From: Entomortierella parvispora E1425
Taxonomy: Eukaryota; Fungi; Mortierellomycota
Reading direction: 5' to 3'
Length of the DNA stretch: 64,000 nucleotides
NCBI GenBank assembly: GCA_020891255.1
Contig: BQFW01000004.1
Coordinates: 124,001-188,000 of the forward strand
Below, in pieces: positions 1 through 12,400 of this stretch; the first letter of the stretch is position 1; each line of letters starts with the position of its first letter. The notes beneath the pieces were generated by a model, which saw only the letters and a list, made by a program, of their open reading frames with translations, had not been told where the DNA came from and did not search any database. Both the position numbers and the translations under genes were made by a program.

Positions 1-1700
1 TCCACTTGGTACTCTTTATCCCAGATCGTAAAGAACAGCTTGTCGTCCTCAGATCGGACAGAGATGGTCTCGTAAAGAGGATGAGTGTAACGACCCTCGA
101 AAGCGCTCAAAGGAAGGGTCATGGGCTTGTCGGCCATTCGTTCCGGAAGGTGCTTTCCGACGCCCAAACCAATGTAAAGGTCAGTTTCCTCCTGGACATC
201 TTTCACAGAGGCCTCGATCCAATCGTAGGTCTTTGGGAGATCCAAAAGCGCGTCCGCAATCATGTAAAGGAGGCGGGACCCAAGTTGGACCGGCAACCGG
301 TTGATGAGAGTGGCAACGACCAAGTCCGAATCTGGCATTATCCCCAGATAAGAGGTGACTCCTGCCAATCCTCCATCTAGTTTCCCCACGGTATGAAAAT
401 GTTATGAAATCAGGACCTGCTTGTTCTTTCGCTTCCCTGAAAAAAAAAAAAAAAAAAAAAAAAAACTTACCATGCCAGTACAACGGCTGTCCCTTATAAG
501 AGTCAACGGTCCATCCAAGACCATAAGCCATGAAGGGAGAAAACCCTGTGGGCCGTTTGGAGCTCAAGTCCATGATGGTGTGTGGTTTCAAGACTTGCTC
601 GACGCTTGCCTTGTCCAAGACCTGTTTACCGTCCAATTGTCCCAGGTCCAAGACCGTCTTGCCCCATCGGACCAGATCCAGCACATTGGAATACATGCTC
701 CCGGCCGCCGCCAAGCGAGTGTAGTCTTCTGATTGCACAATCCGCGTAAACTCGCCCCTTTGAGCGGCCTCAAACGACTCTGTCTCAAAGGGTTGCGTAT
801 GATTCGCAAGAGTCCACCTCTCGTCCGCGGTAAAGCCAGAGTTGTGGAGTCCCAGGGGTTCCAGAACCTTTTGCCGGACAAGGTCCTCATATGGCATACC
901 CGCCACCCTCGCGCCCGCCTCGCCCGCGACGGTGTACATGGCGTTGTTGTAAATGGTCTTGGCGCCAAGCTTTGAAGGCTGATCGGAAAATCGCAGTCGC
1001 GACAAAAGCTCATTCAAAGGAGCCTTGCTGCACAAAAAAGGAACACTCACTTCTCCAGGCACGCCCTGCAACGAAAAAACAATTGGTTGTGAGCATTCGA
1101 TTCGAAAAAAAAATAATGTTGAATGTTGAAGTAAGGTTTTGGGGCTCCGAGAGGCGAGAGGGGGCAGAAGGGTTTAGAGGGATTACCGTTCGATGGGAGA
1201 GGAGGTCGGCAAGGGTCACTTGAGAAGTCAAGACAGGGTCCTTAAGCGCAAACTCTGGGAGATAGGTCGAGATGGGAGTGGTGTCCCAGTCCATCTTGCC
1301 CTCCGCGACCAATTGGGCCAAAGCCATGGCCGTGAAGGACTTTGTGACGGAGGCAATGGGTGACAATGTCTACATAGAAGCATCCAAAACGAAAAGAAAA
1401 AAAAAAAAGCACAAAGTTAATCCTCCCATCCCTGCATTTGCCTGGCTCGCTCTCCCTATCTCTCTCTCTTCCCCTTTTCTTTACCTCTGGTGTGAACGGA
1501 TCATTCTTTTCGTTTCGCTTGCCAAACCCCTCGGCAAAGATCAGCTCGTTCTTGTGAAGAACAGCGATGCTCATGCCTGGAACGCCACATTGAATCCTGG
1601 CCTTGTCGATCAAGGCTGGCAAATCCGACCAGAAAGTCGATCGGTTGATTCTAGTTGGTGCCGCTGTGGCGGCACTTCTCAGGAGGAGGGATGGAAACAT
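1..1700 (-). CDS. Class C beta-lactamase/penicillin-binding-protein-like serine hydrolase, 3' end outside window; exons 1700-1485, 1369-1187, 1065-471, 376-<1
   Basis: Spliced translation gives S-x-x-K (SVTK), LLSHRTG, Y-x-N (YNN) and WHDGG motifs of the AmpC-like family. All three introns are GT-AG and phase-compatible. Confidence 0.9.
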
Positions 1701-2387
1701 TTTTTTTTTGTTTTAATGAAGGAGAGGAAAGAGAGATCAAAGTGGGAATGAAAGAAAGAAGCAAAAAAAAAAAAAAACTGAAAAAGGCGAAAAACGATGG
1801 AAAAGGAGAGCACCCTTCGCCCTGCCTCGAGGCTGATTTCTGGCGTTGGCCGGATCAGACAGAAACGGTAGACAACTTGCACACGTTACACAGACCACGC
1901 CACTTGCAACAAAAACCCGTAGGACTCTTCACCACAGATCACTCTCAAGAGGAACAGCATGGGCCATGGAGGATATTTTAAAAGTATCTTGTCATCTTTG
2001 TGTATTTGTTTGGGCTTTAAGTATACTACATGATCATCCAGGGGCGGCATTTTTGATGACCGTCCCTCAGAGAACCAACAAAAGGAACCGTGGGGGGCTA
2101 TATGTCGTATTAGGAGTAAGGAGAAAGAACAACAAAAAAGGACTATGTATGAAAGAAAAACTCCTTGGCGTTCCCAAGCAAAAAAAAGAAAAAAAGATCA
2201 AAAATAACAAAACGCTATTAGTTGCTACAAAAGGGGAATTGACCGCAGAACGATCGCTGCAGCGGGCACTCGTATGGGTATGATATTTAACAAAAGGGAG
2301 TGAACAGCAAAAGACAGCAAGAAACAAAAAAAAAGGTATAGACAAAAGAAGGTGGAAAAAAAGAGAACAGAGGGGTATACAAATAAT

Positions 2388-5300
2388 TTAAAAGACTGGG
2401 CCAACCTCTGCCTTGGACAAGGGCTGAATCGAGGCTCGAATCTCCTCATGCTCCTGCAATGTGGGCGAGTTGGTGGCGGCTGTCAAAGTCGACGTCGTCG
2501 ACGAAGCTGTCGAAGCTGCAGAGGACGAAGAGTTGGAAGACCAATTGCGTTCACCCTGTGCTTGCGAGTCCTCTCCAGCTCCCGACGCTGCCTCTGCTGC
2601 AGCGGCTGCGGCCGAGGCAGACATCATCGTCATGAGGCCATCGACCGAGGGTCGGTGTCGCATGCGGTCACTGGGGCCCTTCCCCTGACTCTGTTGCTGA
2701 ATGCTGGTCATCATACTCCCACCGGCTGGTGCCAAAACATGGGGTGCATGGTGACCCATGCTGCTGCTGCTGCGGGTGGCCATTACACGAGCCTGACTGG
2801 CCTGTGTGTGGTTGGAGGCCAAACGTTCATACACATTCGGGTTATCGTCCCATGATCCACTGATTCGGCGAGAGCTGCCGTTGTGATGGTGAGTGTGGTA
2901 ATGGTCCTGAGAAGACGATCCATGAGAAGCATGGTGCGCATGGTGTCCATAGCCAAAGTTCACTTCGGCCGCACTGTGGTTGTGCTGGAAGCCGGGTGAA
3001 ACCATGCCATGCATCATGTTGGTGGCCGTAGGTGTGGTGGTCATCATGCTGGCGGCACCAATACGGCTCAGGGGGCGACCGTTTCCGTTCGGGGTTCTTT
3101 GCACTGCGGCAGCGGCGGCAGCTGCAGCTTGGCTTCCCGGTCCACCGCCATCAGAGAATCGCTTGCCAGTCAATCCAGGGCTGGGAGTGCTGGTACGACG
3201 GGCGTCAAAGCTCTGGCGCTGATGGTTGTTGTTTAGCGGCTGCTGATGACTCTTGGAGTGGCGCAAGGTCTGCTGAGGCGAGTATCCATTAGCGAATCCT
3301 GTCTGGATTGTCAGGGGCACTCCATTGCCAGAGCCAGTGTTGTAGCGAGGTCTGGCAGTTGACTTTGGTCCGACGGAAGGTGAAGAGATGGGAGTCGAGC
3401 TACGCCTTTGAGCAATTGTCTCTGCGGTGTGCTGTCGGCTAGATGCGGTTGTAGCGTACACTCCACGAGGCAAGTTCTGATGTGGATGGGTATGGGAAGC
3501 ATCGCTGTGACCGTTGCCGTTGGTGATGGAAGACAAGCGGTTCATGCTCGAGGAGCTTCGGTGCAACGTACCATTGGGGCCGATACCTTGTCCGCCTGCG
3601 CTGCCTCCACTGCTGCTACCTCCACGACGATGGCCATACATGGACATATTGCCTCGCTGCTTGGTATCGGTACGTTCCAAGGAAGACCTGTGGCTGATGG
3701 CACTGGTGCTGATGGAGCGGCTCAGACGATGAGGGGGCTGAACCGGTTCCGGCGCAGCATCGGCAAGATCTTCAACCACGGAGGGAGGAGGAACGCCTGC
3801 CCATGAGACACGGCGTTCATTGTTGGTCATCAGTATGCGAGAGAATTCACCTCCTGTGCCTCCAACCTTTGGCGATGCCTCCTCAGTCGACTTCATGGCA
3901 TCCTCATACATTTGGTCAAAGATAGTCGAAGCTCGCTTGGCCTTGACATCCAGCACAGCCTCTGCAGCTGAGCCAGGGCGGGGACGAGCGCCGTTGGGGA
4001 GAGGAGTCCACTCGGATTGATCCTGATCCTTGTCAAGATTACCGCGCAAGATGGGTGAAGGGGCCTGGTCGAGCGAATCGCCAAAAGCTGCCAAATTCAA
4101 TCGAGCAACCTCGGCATCGTTCTCATCCTCCTCAGAAGATCCTTCAGCCAAGGCCTTTCCACTGAGATCATCAGAAGACCCACCAAGCTGGCGAAGCTTC
4201 TTCTCCAGACCGTCGCAACGCTTCTCGTATCCAAGAGTAGCACCAACGGCGGCCAGCCTCATGGCTTGCAAAGCGCGCTTGAGCTCATCAATCACCTTCT
4301 CCTGGTTGGCGACCTGGACTTGAAGACCATTCTCATGAGTGCGGACCGTCACCATGTCTTCAAAGAGCATCTCCAAGAACTCGCGGGACTCGTTCAAGTC
4401 CATGGACTTCAGAATGGCAATTGAGGAATCAAAGGCAACAGAGGCACCGGAGCCTGGAGGGAGGCCCATGGCGTCATCGTTCATGCCCTTCTGGATAAGT
4501 CTGGTCATCAACTCTTCCTCGTCGCTGGTGGTGCCATCCTTGCCGTCTTCCTGGCGAGAGCCCTTGTCAATAGTGGTTACGAATCCAAGAGCGGCAGCCT
4601 CGGCCTGGAGGGCACGAATGCGGGCGTTAATGTAGGCCACCTCGGCATCAATCATTGCAAGGCGATCATCCATGTACTGGGGCTCGCTTGCGAAATCCAA
4701 CAAAAGACCACCGTTGTTGAGGGCCTCTTCTTCCTGAGCCAACACGACTCTCTGGCGTTCCTGCTCGAGCTCGCGTTTCTCGGTTCGGAGACGCTCCCTC
4801 TTCTTGAGCATATCCTCCATGACATTAATGGCATGCTGTCCAGAGATGTAGCCGTAGATGGCACGATCGATGACCTGCTTCTTTTGAGCAACCTGAAGGC
4901 GGATTGAGCCAGGACTCTTGTTACTGGCCTTGGGAGTCGGAATCGAGCTCTCATGCTTCTCAGAGGAGCCACCGAAACGAGGGTTCCTCTTGGCTGTCTT
5001 GGTGATACCCTTGGGCGTCTGGGGCTTTTTGAGGAAGCTGTTGACCTTGGCTTGGGGAGAGTTGGGACCGGTTGGGTTAGAACGGTGGAGCATGGCCGAT
5101 GTGCGCTGCTGCTCAATCTCCCTCTCTGCCTTCTTGCGACCATCCAAGGCAGCTCTTTCAGAACGTCGAAGGGCTTGAATCTCGCGGTCGTTGGCTGCAT
5201 TCATCTCCTTGATACGCTCTGCATCTTCCTTCATCCGCTTGATCATTCGCTGCTTCTCGGCCTTCAAAGTCTCCACCGCTACCCGAAGAGCGCGCAGCTG

Positions 5301-8300
5301 ACCCTCAGCCAAGCTGCGTTTCTCGTTGGCGATCTTGGAAACTTCAGCGTACTTGTGCTGCAGATCTGACAGTTCAGAGATGAGTTGCTTAATCTTGGTC
5401 TCATACTTCATCTTGACGGAGCCAGGGATCTGTGGGATAAAAATATGCAAAATGTTAGATTCCGCGATGGAAAGAAACAAAGAAGGTAAATGTTTCCTGT
5501 CATCCGTCGAAAATACTTGCCTTATTTTCGCGTTCGCGATCCGCCTCTGCCTCTCGGATTCGATCTTCCATGGCACGGATCGCGTCCTCGTATTGGTTTC
5601 GCATGTGGTGATAATCGGCCTCTGCCTTCTCCAGCTGCAGGACGAGCTCTTCCTTCATGGCGATGCCGCTCTGGACCTCATTCAGCATGATATCATAGTT
5701 GGGCTTGTCGGCAGTAGACTTGTTAGAGGCATGTCCGTTCGAAGAAACACTCTGGGCCATGCTTGACAAAGTCACGCGTGCCCGCGCAGGCGCTGCAATC
5801 ACTGAACCAGCAGATCCAAAAGATGAACCAGCATCCGACTCTGGAAGAGCGATGGCGGCGGCCTTTTGCTGCTCGATCGCAGCGGCCAAACGCGCCTGTT
5901 GTTGTTGCTGGGTATCGGAGGGAGAGAGGGGGAGGCTGAAGCGCTGCATGGCCTTCATGGCATTGGCCACAGTCTCGGCAGCCTTTTGCTCGGCTTCCTG
6001 GAACTGGTCCTTGGCTGGAGCAAATGTGTCCTTCCAGGCATTCTCCTTCCAAGATGCGGTGGGCGAAGGCAAGGGAAAGGAGGATCGCATGGGCGAGAGT
6101 GGGTTACCGCCAGAAAGGGCATCTTCCAGGCCAAGCCCAGGGAATCTGGATCGAGAAGAACCAGAGCTCATGGAGGAGACCATAGAATCTCTGCGGCGAA
6201 GAGAGCCCGAGTGGGACCGTCCCTGCACTGGGGATGTACTGTGGGGGTCCAGCAAGTTGAGAATGTCCATGTCCATACCTGCGCCATGCTTCTCAGCCTT
6301 GAGCAACAACAGACCACGGCGGATATCCTCCTTGGCCTTGTCCAATGTCTCGGCAACACCTCCAGATCCGTGTCGGAGAGCCCTGCGACGGCGAGAGAAG
6401 CTGTGGGAGGAGTCTGAACCGTCAGGAAGGCGCTGAAGTGCTGAGGAGGAAGAGGTCGAAGAATAATCCATCAGCTGAGCAGACAAGGGCTGGCTTTCTT
6501 CGGTCTTCAAACTTTGGAACCAAGAGGAAGCTCCTCCTGCTGACAAGACTGGCTCTACCTGGGGAATTGGTGGGCTGGTAGGCAAGTGGGCGGGCTCGAT
6601 TCCAAGGCTGATGGCCGCGGCTCCAAAATCAAAGCGGGAGACCGCTCTGGATGACTGTCTGCTTCTACGCTTTGCCTGACGACCTCTGGGAGGGGAGGTA
6701 GGGCGTTGGGCCTGCTCATCATGCTCTCCGTCCGCATCGTGGTCATCGTCCGACAAAGGCTCGCGTCTCTTAAAGGGGGAAGGTGCCTTTTGACGCGAAG
6801 ATGGGCCGCCAGGTCGGCGACCAAACACTGTATTGGATCGCTGTGAGAGCAAAGTCTGAAGCTCCAGAGCTTGGTCCTCTGCTGCAATCAGGCGATCCTT
6901 GAGTTGCATGACGGTGTGGTGGTAGGTCATCATAATAGGATGTGCTTCGATGTCGGCATCTCCTGTACATTCTCGCTCCACCAAGAGGGTATCACGTTCG
7001 GCCAGCACATCACAGAGCTCAGTGCTGCTCTCTCGCAGACGATCACGAAGACGACTGACCTCGCCTTTGAGCGACCTCAATTCTTCTGCTGCTCGGCGCT
7101 GGTCCAATTGGGTTGCAGGACCGGATCCCATCGCGCGGAATGAGCTGTTCTCCATCTTGAGTCGGTTGATCTCGGCACGAAGTTGAGCAATCTCGGGATT
7201 GTTGGCATCCCTGAAGTCGTGGTTGATAACAACGCGGTTGCGGATGTTTCTGGCTCGGTTGGCGTAAACAAGGGTACTGATGGTCTCGTTGATATCAACG
7301 TCCGCTCCTGATACACAAGCCAACATCAGCGTGGCACTGTTGCCACCCAAAGAATCCTGAAGTAGACGAGTCAGCTTGGAATCACGGTAAGGCACATGGG
7401 ATGACTTGCGAGCTTCATCTCCAAGGGCACTAATGACGTTTCCAAGAGCCAACAATCCAGAGTTGATCGAGATTCCTTCCTTGGCACGATCTCCAACAGC
7501 CCTTGTCCTCTTGAGTCTCTCTGAACCAGCGAGATCTACAAAGTGGAACTTTGATGTCAATTTCTTCAGAGGTCGCTCATGAAGCGTTTTTGCCGTGGGT
7601 ACTTCTTGTTCCTCTTCGCCCTCTGCTGGTGGTTCCTGCTCCTCTGCACGTTGCTGCTTCAAGATGACCGAGAAAATAGCATGTGAACGTGATGAAGTCT
7701 GGTTCATGTCTGTTGAGGCTGTCGTTCTGCAGAGTGATCCTTTTTGCAACCAGCTATCGAATCGAAAGAAAGATTGGAATGAGTACGTTGACTCTTTATG
7801 ATGTCACCCTACGAGTTCGAGTCAAGATACTGACAAAGAGACTTACTCTAGCAGCTCTGGTGCTGATGCGACTTGATGCTCCTTGACTCCTTGCCATGAA
7901 ATACCTCCGAAACCATCCTCACGTACTTGAATGGTATCCTTCCTTGCCCGAGGTTGTGTCTGGAGAAGATCAATGAGCTCTTCATTGTATAATTCCAGAA
8001 ACGAGACGTAGACTTGGTATTCCATTGTTGGATCAGACTCCATCTGGGCATCTAGAAGAGAAAAGATGGCCTGGGCAGCTCTTGGGACAATGGCTGGTAC
8101 CACCAGAAGAAAGGGGTTAGAGAAGGGGTTAGAGCCCGCAATGTGTAATGACGACAGAGCTTTGGGTCGATGTGGGCAAGGGTAAATATAATGATATGAT
8201 CCGTCAACTGTCTTTGTGCAAGATACCTTGATGGTCCGAGTTTCCTTGAAACTGAAGCCCTGTGCCCATGCTGTAAGTCTTTCCACTGCCTGTTTGACTG

Positions 8301-8974
8301 TTGTGAGGAAGAGAAGATGCACTTGGTGAGTAACCCTGCACGGACAGCATGGGAGAAGGGATGACAAAACAAACAAACAACCCTAGGCAACTTACCCGTA
8401 TGCTAGGATCGTTACATTGAATCTGGAAGAGGGGTTCACGGGAAAAAAGGAAAAAAGGGAAAAAAAAGGTGTTCGGAGATTGGATTCGTACACGGGCACA
8501 GGCACAGGCACAGGCGCAAACACAACACAAGGATCCACGGGGACACAAAGAGAAGGGAAAAAAAGGAACAAAGCGTTAGATCCTCTTTCATCTCTGACGT
8601 CCTGGTTCTTCCAATAACTGCAAGAATGACATACCCTTCGATGAACCGCTCCACTAGCTCTTTGGCACACTCATCGTAGACTTGGCGTTGGGTCGACTCT
8701 TCGTCAAAGACATGATCAAAAGTGAAGGACTTGTCCGAGCCAACAATACCGATCTGGGGTTCGTTGGGCACATACGATATACACTCGGAGCAGTTGTTGA
8801 TTTGCTCCTGTAGCGTGAGTGGACGGACGCGAAGTGCGACCCTATCATAGTTGCAGAATAGAAGAGAGGAAGGAAACAACGTCAGAGATCGATGGGGGTC
8901 AGTGCCAGATGCAGTTTGACGCGAAAGAAGGAACGCGTTTGATGTTGTTGGACCTACTTGACAGCTGTGTTCAT
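2388..8974 (-). CDS. Kinesin-4-like (KIF4/KIF21-type) motor protein, ~1,947 aa; exons 8974-8958, 8841-8635, 8422-8396, 8297-8227, 8093-7847, 7753-5521, 5429-2388
   Basis: Motor motifs VALRVRP, P-loop GQTGSGKT, switch I SSRSH, switch II DLAGSE and [20 protein letters not shown] long coiled-coil stalk and disordered tail follow. All junction phases check. The subfamily call is inference from the N-terminal motor and stalk. Confidence 0.92.
5430..5520 (-). other. Non-canonical GC-AG intron (91 nt) in the kinesin gene
   Basis: Donor AAG|GCAAGT, branch-like TCTAAC, acceptor CCCACAG|ATC. Removing it joins ORF 5500..7749 to ORF 2388..5576 in phase 0 (ERENK|IPGSVK). Confidence 0.85.
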
Positions 8975-9388
8975 AATACGGGCAAGGGGGGATCGAAGAG
9001 TCGGCCGAGGCTACCTTGGGCACGATAGGGTGACGATCTGCCAAGGAAGCGGAACAAGGAGAAAAGGCGACGGGGCAATTGATCACTGCTGGAGGAGAGA
9101 GCACACGCGAGGTTCGGCTGGGAGTTGTTTGGTTCCTGAAAGTTGCGAGGGGAGGGCAATGAGCAGTTGGAGAATGAGGGATGACCGAGGGAGGGAGGAG
9201 GGAATTAGAATTAGTGGTAGTGGTAGTGGTAGTGGTAGTATATGATTATTAATGTAATGTACACAGGAAGGTAGTAAGGAGTGTGGGGCGGGAGGAAGAG
9301 AGAAGAGAGGGAAAAGAGGGAAGAGTGACGAAAGAGGGGGGGATAAATAGGAAACTCGATCCTTCGTTCTGTCGTGCAGACAGAAGGG

Positions 9389-9424
<36 letters not shown>

Positions 9425-12400
9425 CAGGAGGAAGAGGGAATGGCTGTGTGTTGTTTGGGTGTGTTGTGTTGTGTTGTGTGTGACCCTGGGAGAGGCAGAA
9501 AGGGGGAAGACTCTCTCTCCTTCCTCCCGTAATCCAGCCCGCTCTTGCGTCCATCCATCCAGCCAGCCAGCCCTTCCTCTCTTGGCGACTCTGTCCCCCC
9601 TCCAGCCAATGCACAGCGTTACAACCACGAAATATGAACGACACACGGGGTGCCTTGGCGATACATAGCTGGGGGAGATGGGAACCCAACTCAACCCGAT
9701 CATTTCCAGCTCAGGCCCGCAGGCCCCTCCCCCTTCTCCCCTTGTGTGCCGTATCCCCGTATCCCCTCTGGAGCCCATCCGTGAACCTCCATTTTTCGGC
9801 TGGGGTGAGGTGGAAGGGGGTTGGATAGTGGACAAGGAGCACACACATATCGATCAGGGCCAAACACCCAGGCGGTGGTTATGGAGGGTATTGGCGTGCA
9901 CAGACTGACCCGTCTCATTCCAGTCCTGATCTCAATGGCATGTCAATATACCCATCCACATGCTCTTCTTTCCCCACAACAAACGAATCCCAATGACAAA
10001 CACCAAATCAACATTCACCCTTTCTGCTGCATAGCAGGAACACAGAGGGACGGGGCAGTGTTTTGTTCCTCCCTTTATGCAGCCACAATTGTGGAGAAGA
10101 ATCGATCTAAGACTGCGAGAAAACAAAAAAGACGGTGGCTGCAGGGAAAAGCTGGACCGTGGACATGTTGACAGCCCTTTGGGGGGGAACACATCTCTTT
10201 TGTTTGTCTTTTGTCGTGCCCTCACCCTTCTTTTCGATATTTTTTTTACCCCACAAAGAAAAAAAAGGGGCCAAGGGGGGGAGTAAAAATCTGAAAGAGG
10301 GACCAGCTTTGGTGTCTGCACCCAAAGGGGGAAAAAAAAAAAAAATCGCGTTCCTGGAATAAAATAACGACATGTTGACACTGTAATCGAAGCTGTTGAT
10401 GTCACAAAGCAGATCGACAATGCTTCTTCTGCAAAGAAACGTTGGGGACAGCCAAATAAAAAAATAAAAAAAACAGATGGTACGGAACAACAGGCGACAA
10501 CAAGATGGGGGAGGGGGTAAGTTCAAAACAAAGACAAGGACCAGGACCAGGGCCGATGGGAGGAAATGCACTGGTGCAGAAACAGTGCATCGTGCATTGC
10601 ACAGACGTCTTGTGTGAGTCCTGCATCGCGGGCTGCAGTCTCTTTGCCAAAGGCATAAAAGAAAAAAAAAAGCAGAATGATGCACCTGTATCCAAGCATG
10701 AACCAACCCTGACACAAATTCTGTCAGTCGAGCAACTTCCCGATTCTAATTCTCGGCGTGGCTCTTTTTGATTTAGTGGGAGTGTGGGAGTGTCTCTTTG
10801 TTTGTTTGTTTGTCCCATTGTGTCGTGCATGGCCATGCAACGACGTGGCATGGATTTCCCCCCCACTGTGGAGAAGAATAGAGGAGCAGAAGGAGTGCAT
10901 ATCGTGGGAGGAAAAACAAAAACACAAACAGGCAAAATCCGAAGATTGAGGTGTGGAAGATGTGGAAGATGTGGATGTATGAATGTTCAGTCGACAGACC
11001 ACTCCGTACCTGTCTGATTTGGTCTGAGATCCTGCGGTGGAGGGGATGCAGAGGGAATAAAGGGCCGTTGGCGTGGATAGGTGAAAGAAGGATGGGTGGT
11101 GGCTGGTGAAGAAGTACAGTTGTTAGGTGTGGTTCAACGGTCACGACCAGGGGCGGAAAGGGTACAAGGTATACAAGAATAAGGGGATAGGGGGAGAAAG
11201 CAAAAGAGTTCTGTAGGACAAAACAGAATAAAGATTGATGATGACAGATGACAAGATTGTCAAGATGAGAGAGATGAGAGAGATGAGAGAAAAGAGATGT
11301 CGAGATGAGAGATTGGGGAGGGCTGAAAAAGAGAGACCAAGAGGAAGAGGGGACACAAGGGGAAAACGCGTGAGCAATCTGTCCGTTTCTGTCTCTGTCG
11401 CTTTCTTTCCTTTTTCTTTTTTTCGCCCGTTGATGTTGTGGAGCAAGAAGTCAGAGAGATCAAGGTTCATCGCTTCCCCTCCACTGCAGACGTCCCAAGA
11501 ACCAAACAGGGGCGAAGAAGAAGGAGGAAAGCATGCAATTGGATCGGATGGTCGACTGATGTGTCGCTCGCTGCATGCATCCTCTCATCCTCGTGTGGAG
11601 GAGCGCGTTGCGGGCTGTTCTTTCGTTTCTTTCGTTCGCTCGCCATTCTCTCTTTCCTCTCCTTCTCTGAGTTGCCTTCGCGCGCGCCTCTTGATGACAG
11701 CCCCCTTTTTTTTCTTTCTCTCTGTTCTTTTGCAAGGAATGGAGGGGGGAGGATGAACTGTGCCTCTTCTGTGTAATAATAACCCCCTCCCTTCTCCCCA
11801 ACAAACATCGTCCATGCCGACATGGTTGTGCTCTCTCTCATTCTCCCCACATCCCTAGTCTAGAAAGCCCATGCTACCCCAATGGTATCGGATCTGCAGT
11901 GTCTTGGCCTTCTGGGACAATAAGACAGGGTCACCAATATATTAATGAAGTGTCACTTGGTCACACACCCTGGGATGTGCTCTTGCTCGCTCTCACTCTT
12001 CAGCATCCAATATATCCATCCATGCATTGCATCGCATCTTGCATCTTCTTCTCTGTGGATCAACGAACTGAAGATGGGCGCTTGGAAAAGAGGCGTCGGT
12101 TCGCGAATACTTTTTTTTTTTTCAAGAAAGATCATGGGGTCTAACAACGTGTTTGCGCGTCTTTATTCCCGCATGTTCTTTCCTTCGGTCAGTTTGTTTT
12201 TGTTCCCCCCACATCATTTTTACCCCCATCTACTCCTCTTTGTTTGCTCACCATCACAGATCGGTCATCATCGTCCTTTGTATTGTTCCTTCAACGGCAT
12301 CATCCGACCCTCACTGAAATGGAAAGCTGGCTATTCGGGGGTCATCGCCTGGACCCTGGAAAAAAAATAGCTATTTCCCTCAAGGGTAGCTCCCACGCCC

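Noticed and set aside
1000-1065. Possible 15-nt micro-exon GVPGE followed by a GTGAGT donor in the beta-lactamase-like gene
   Set aside because: The read-through frame is open and fits the expected family spacing up to the YNN motif, so no extra intron is needed.
5500-5576. Apparent frameshift or pseudogene, or two separate genes, at the overlap of ORFs 5500..7749 and 2388..5576
   Set aside because: A 91-nt GC-AG intron restores the frame exactly.
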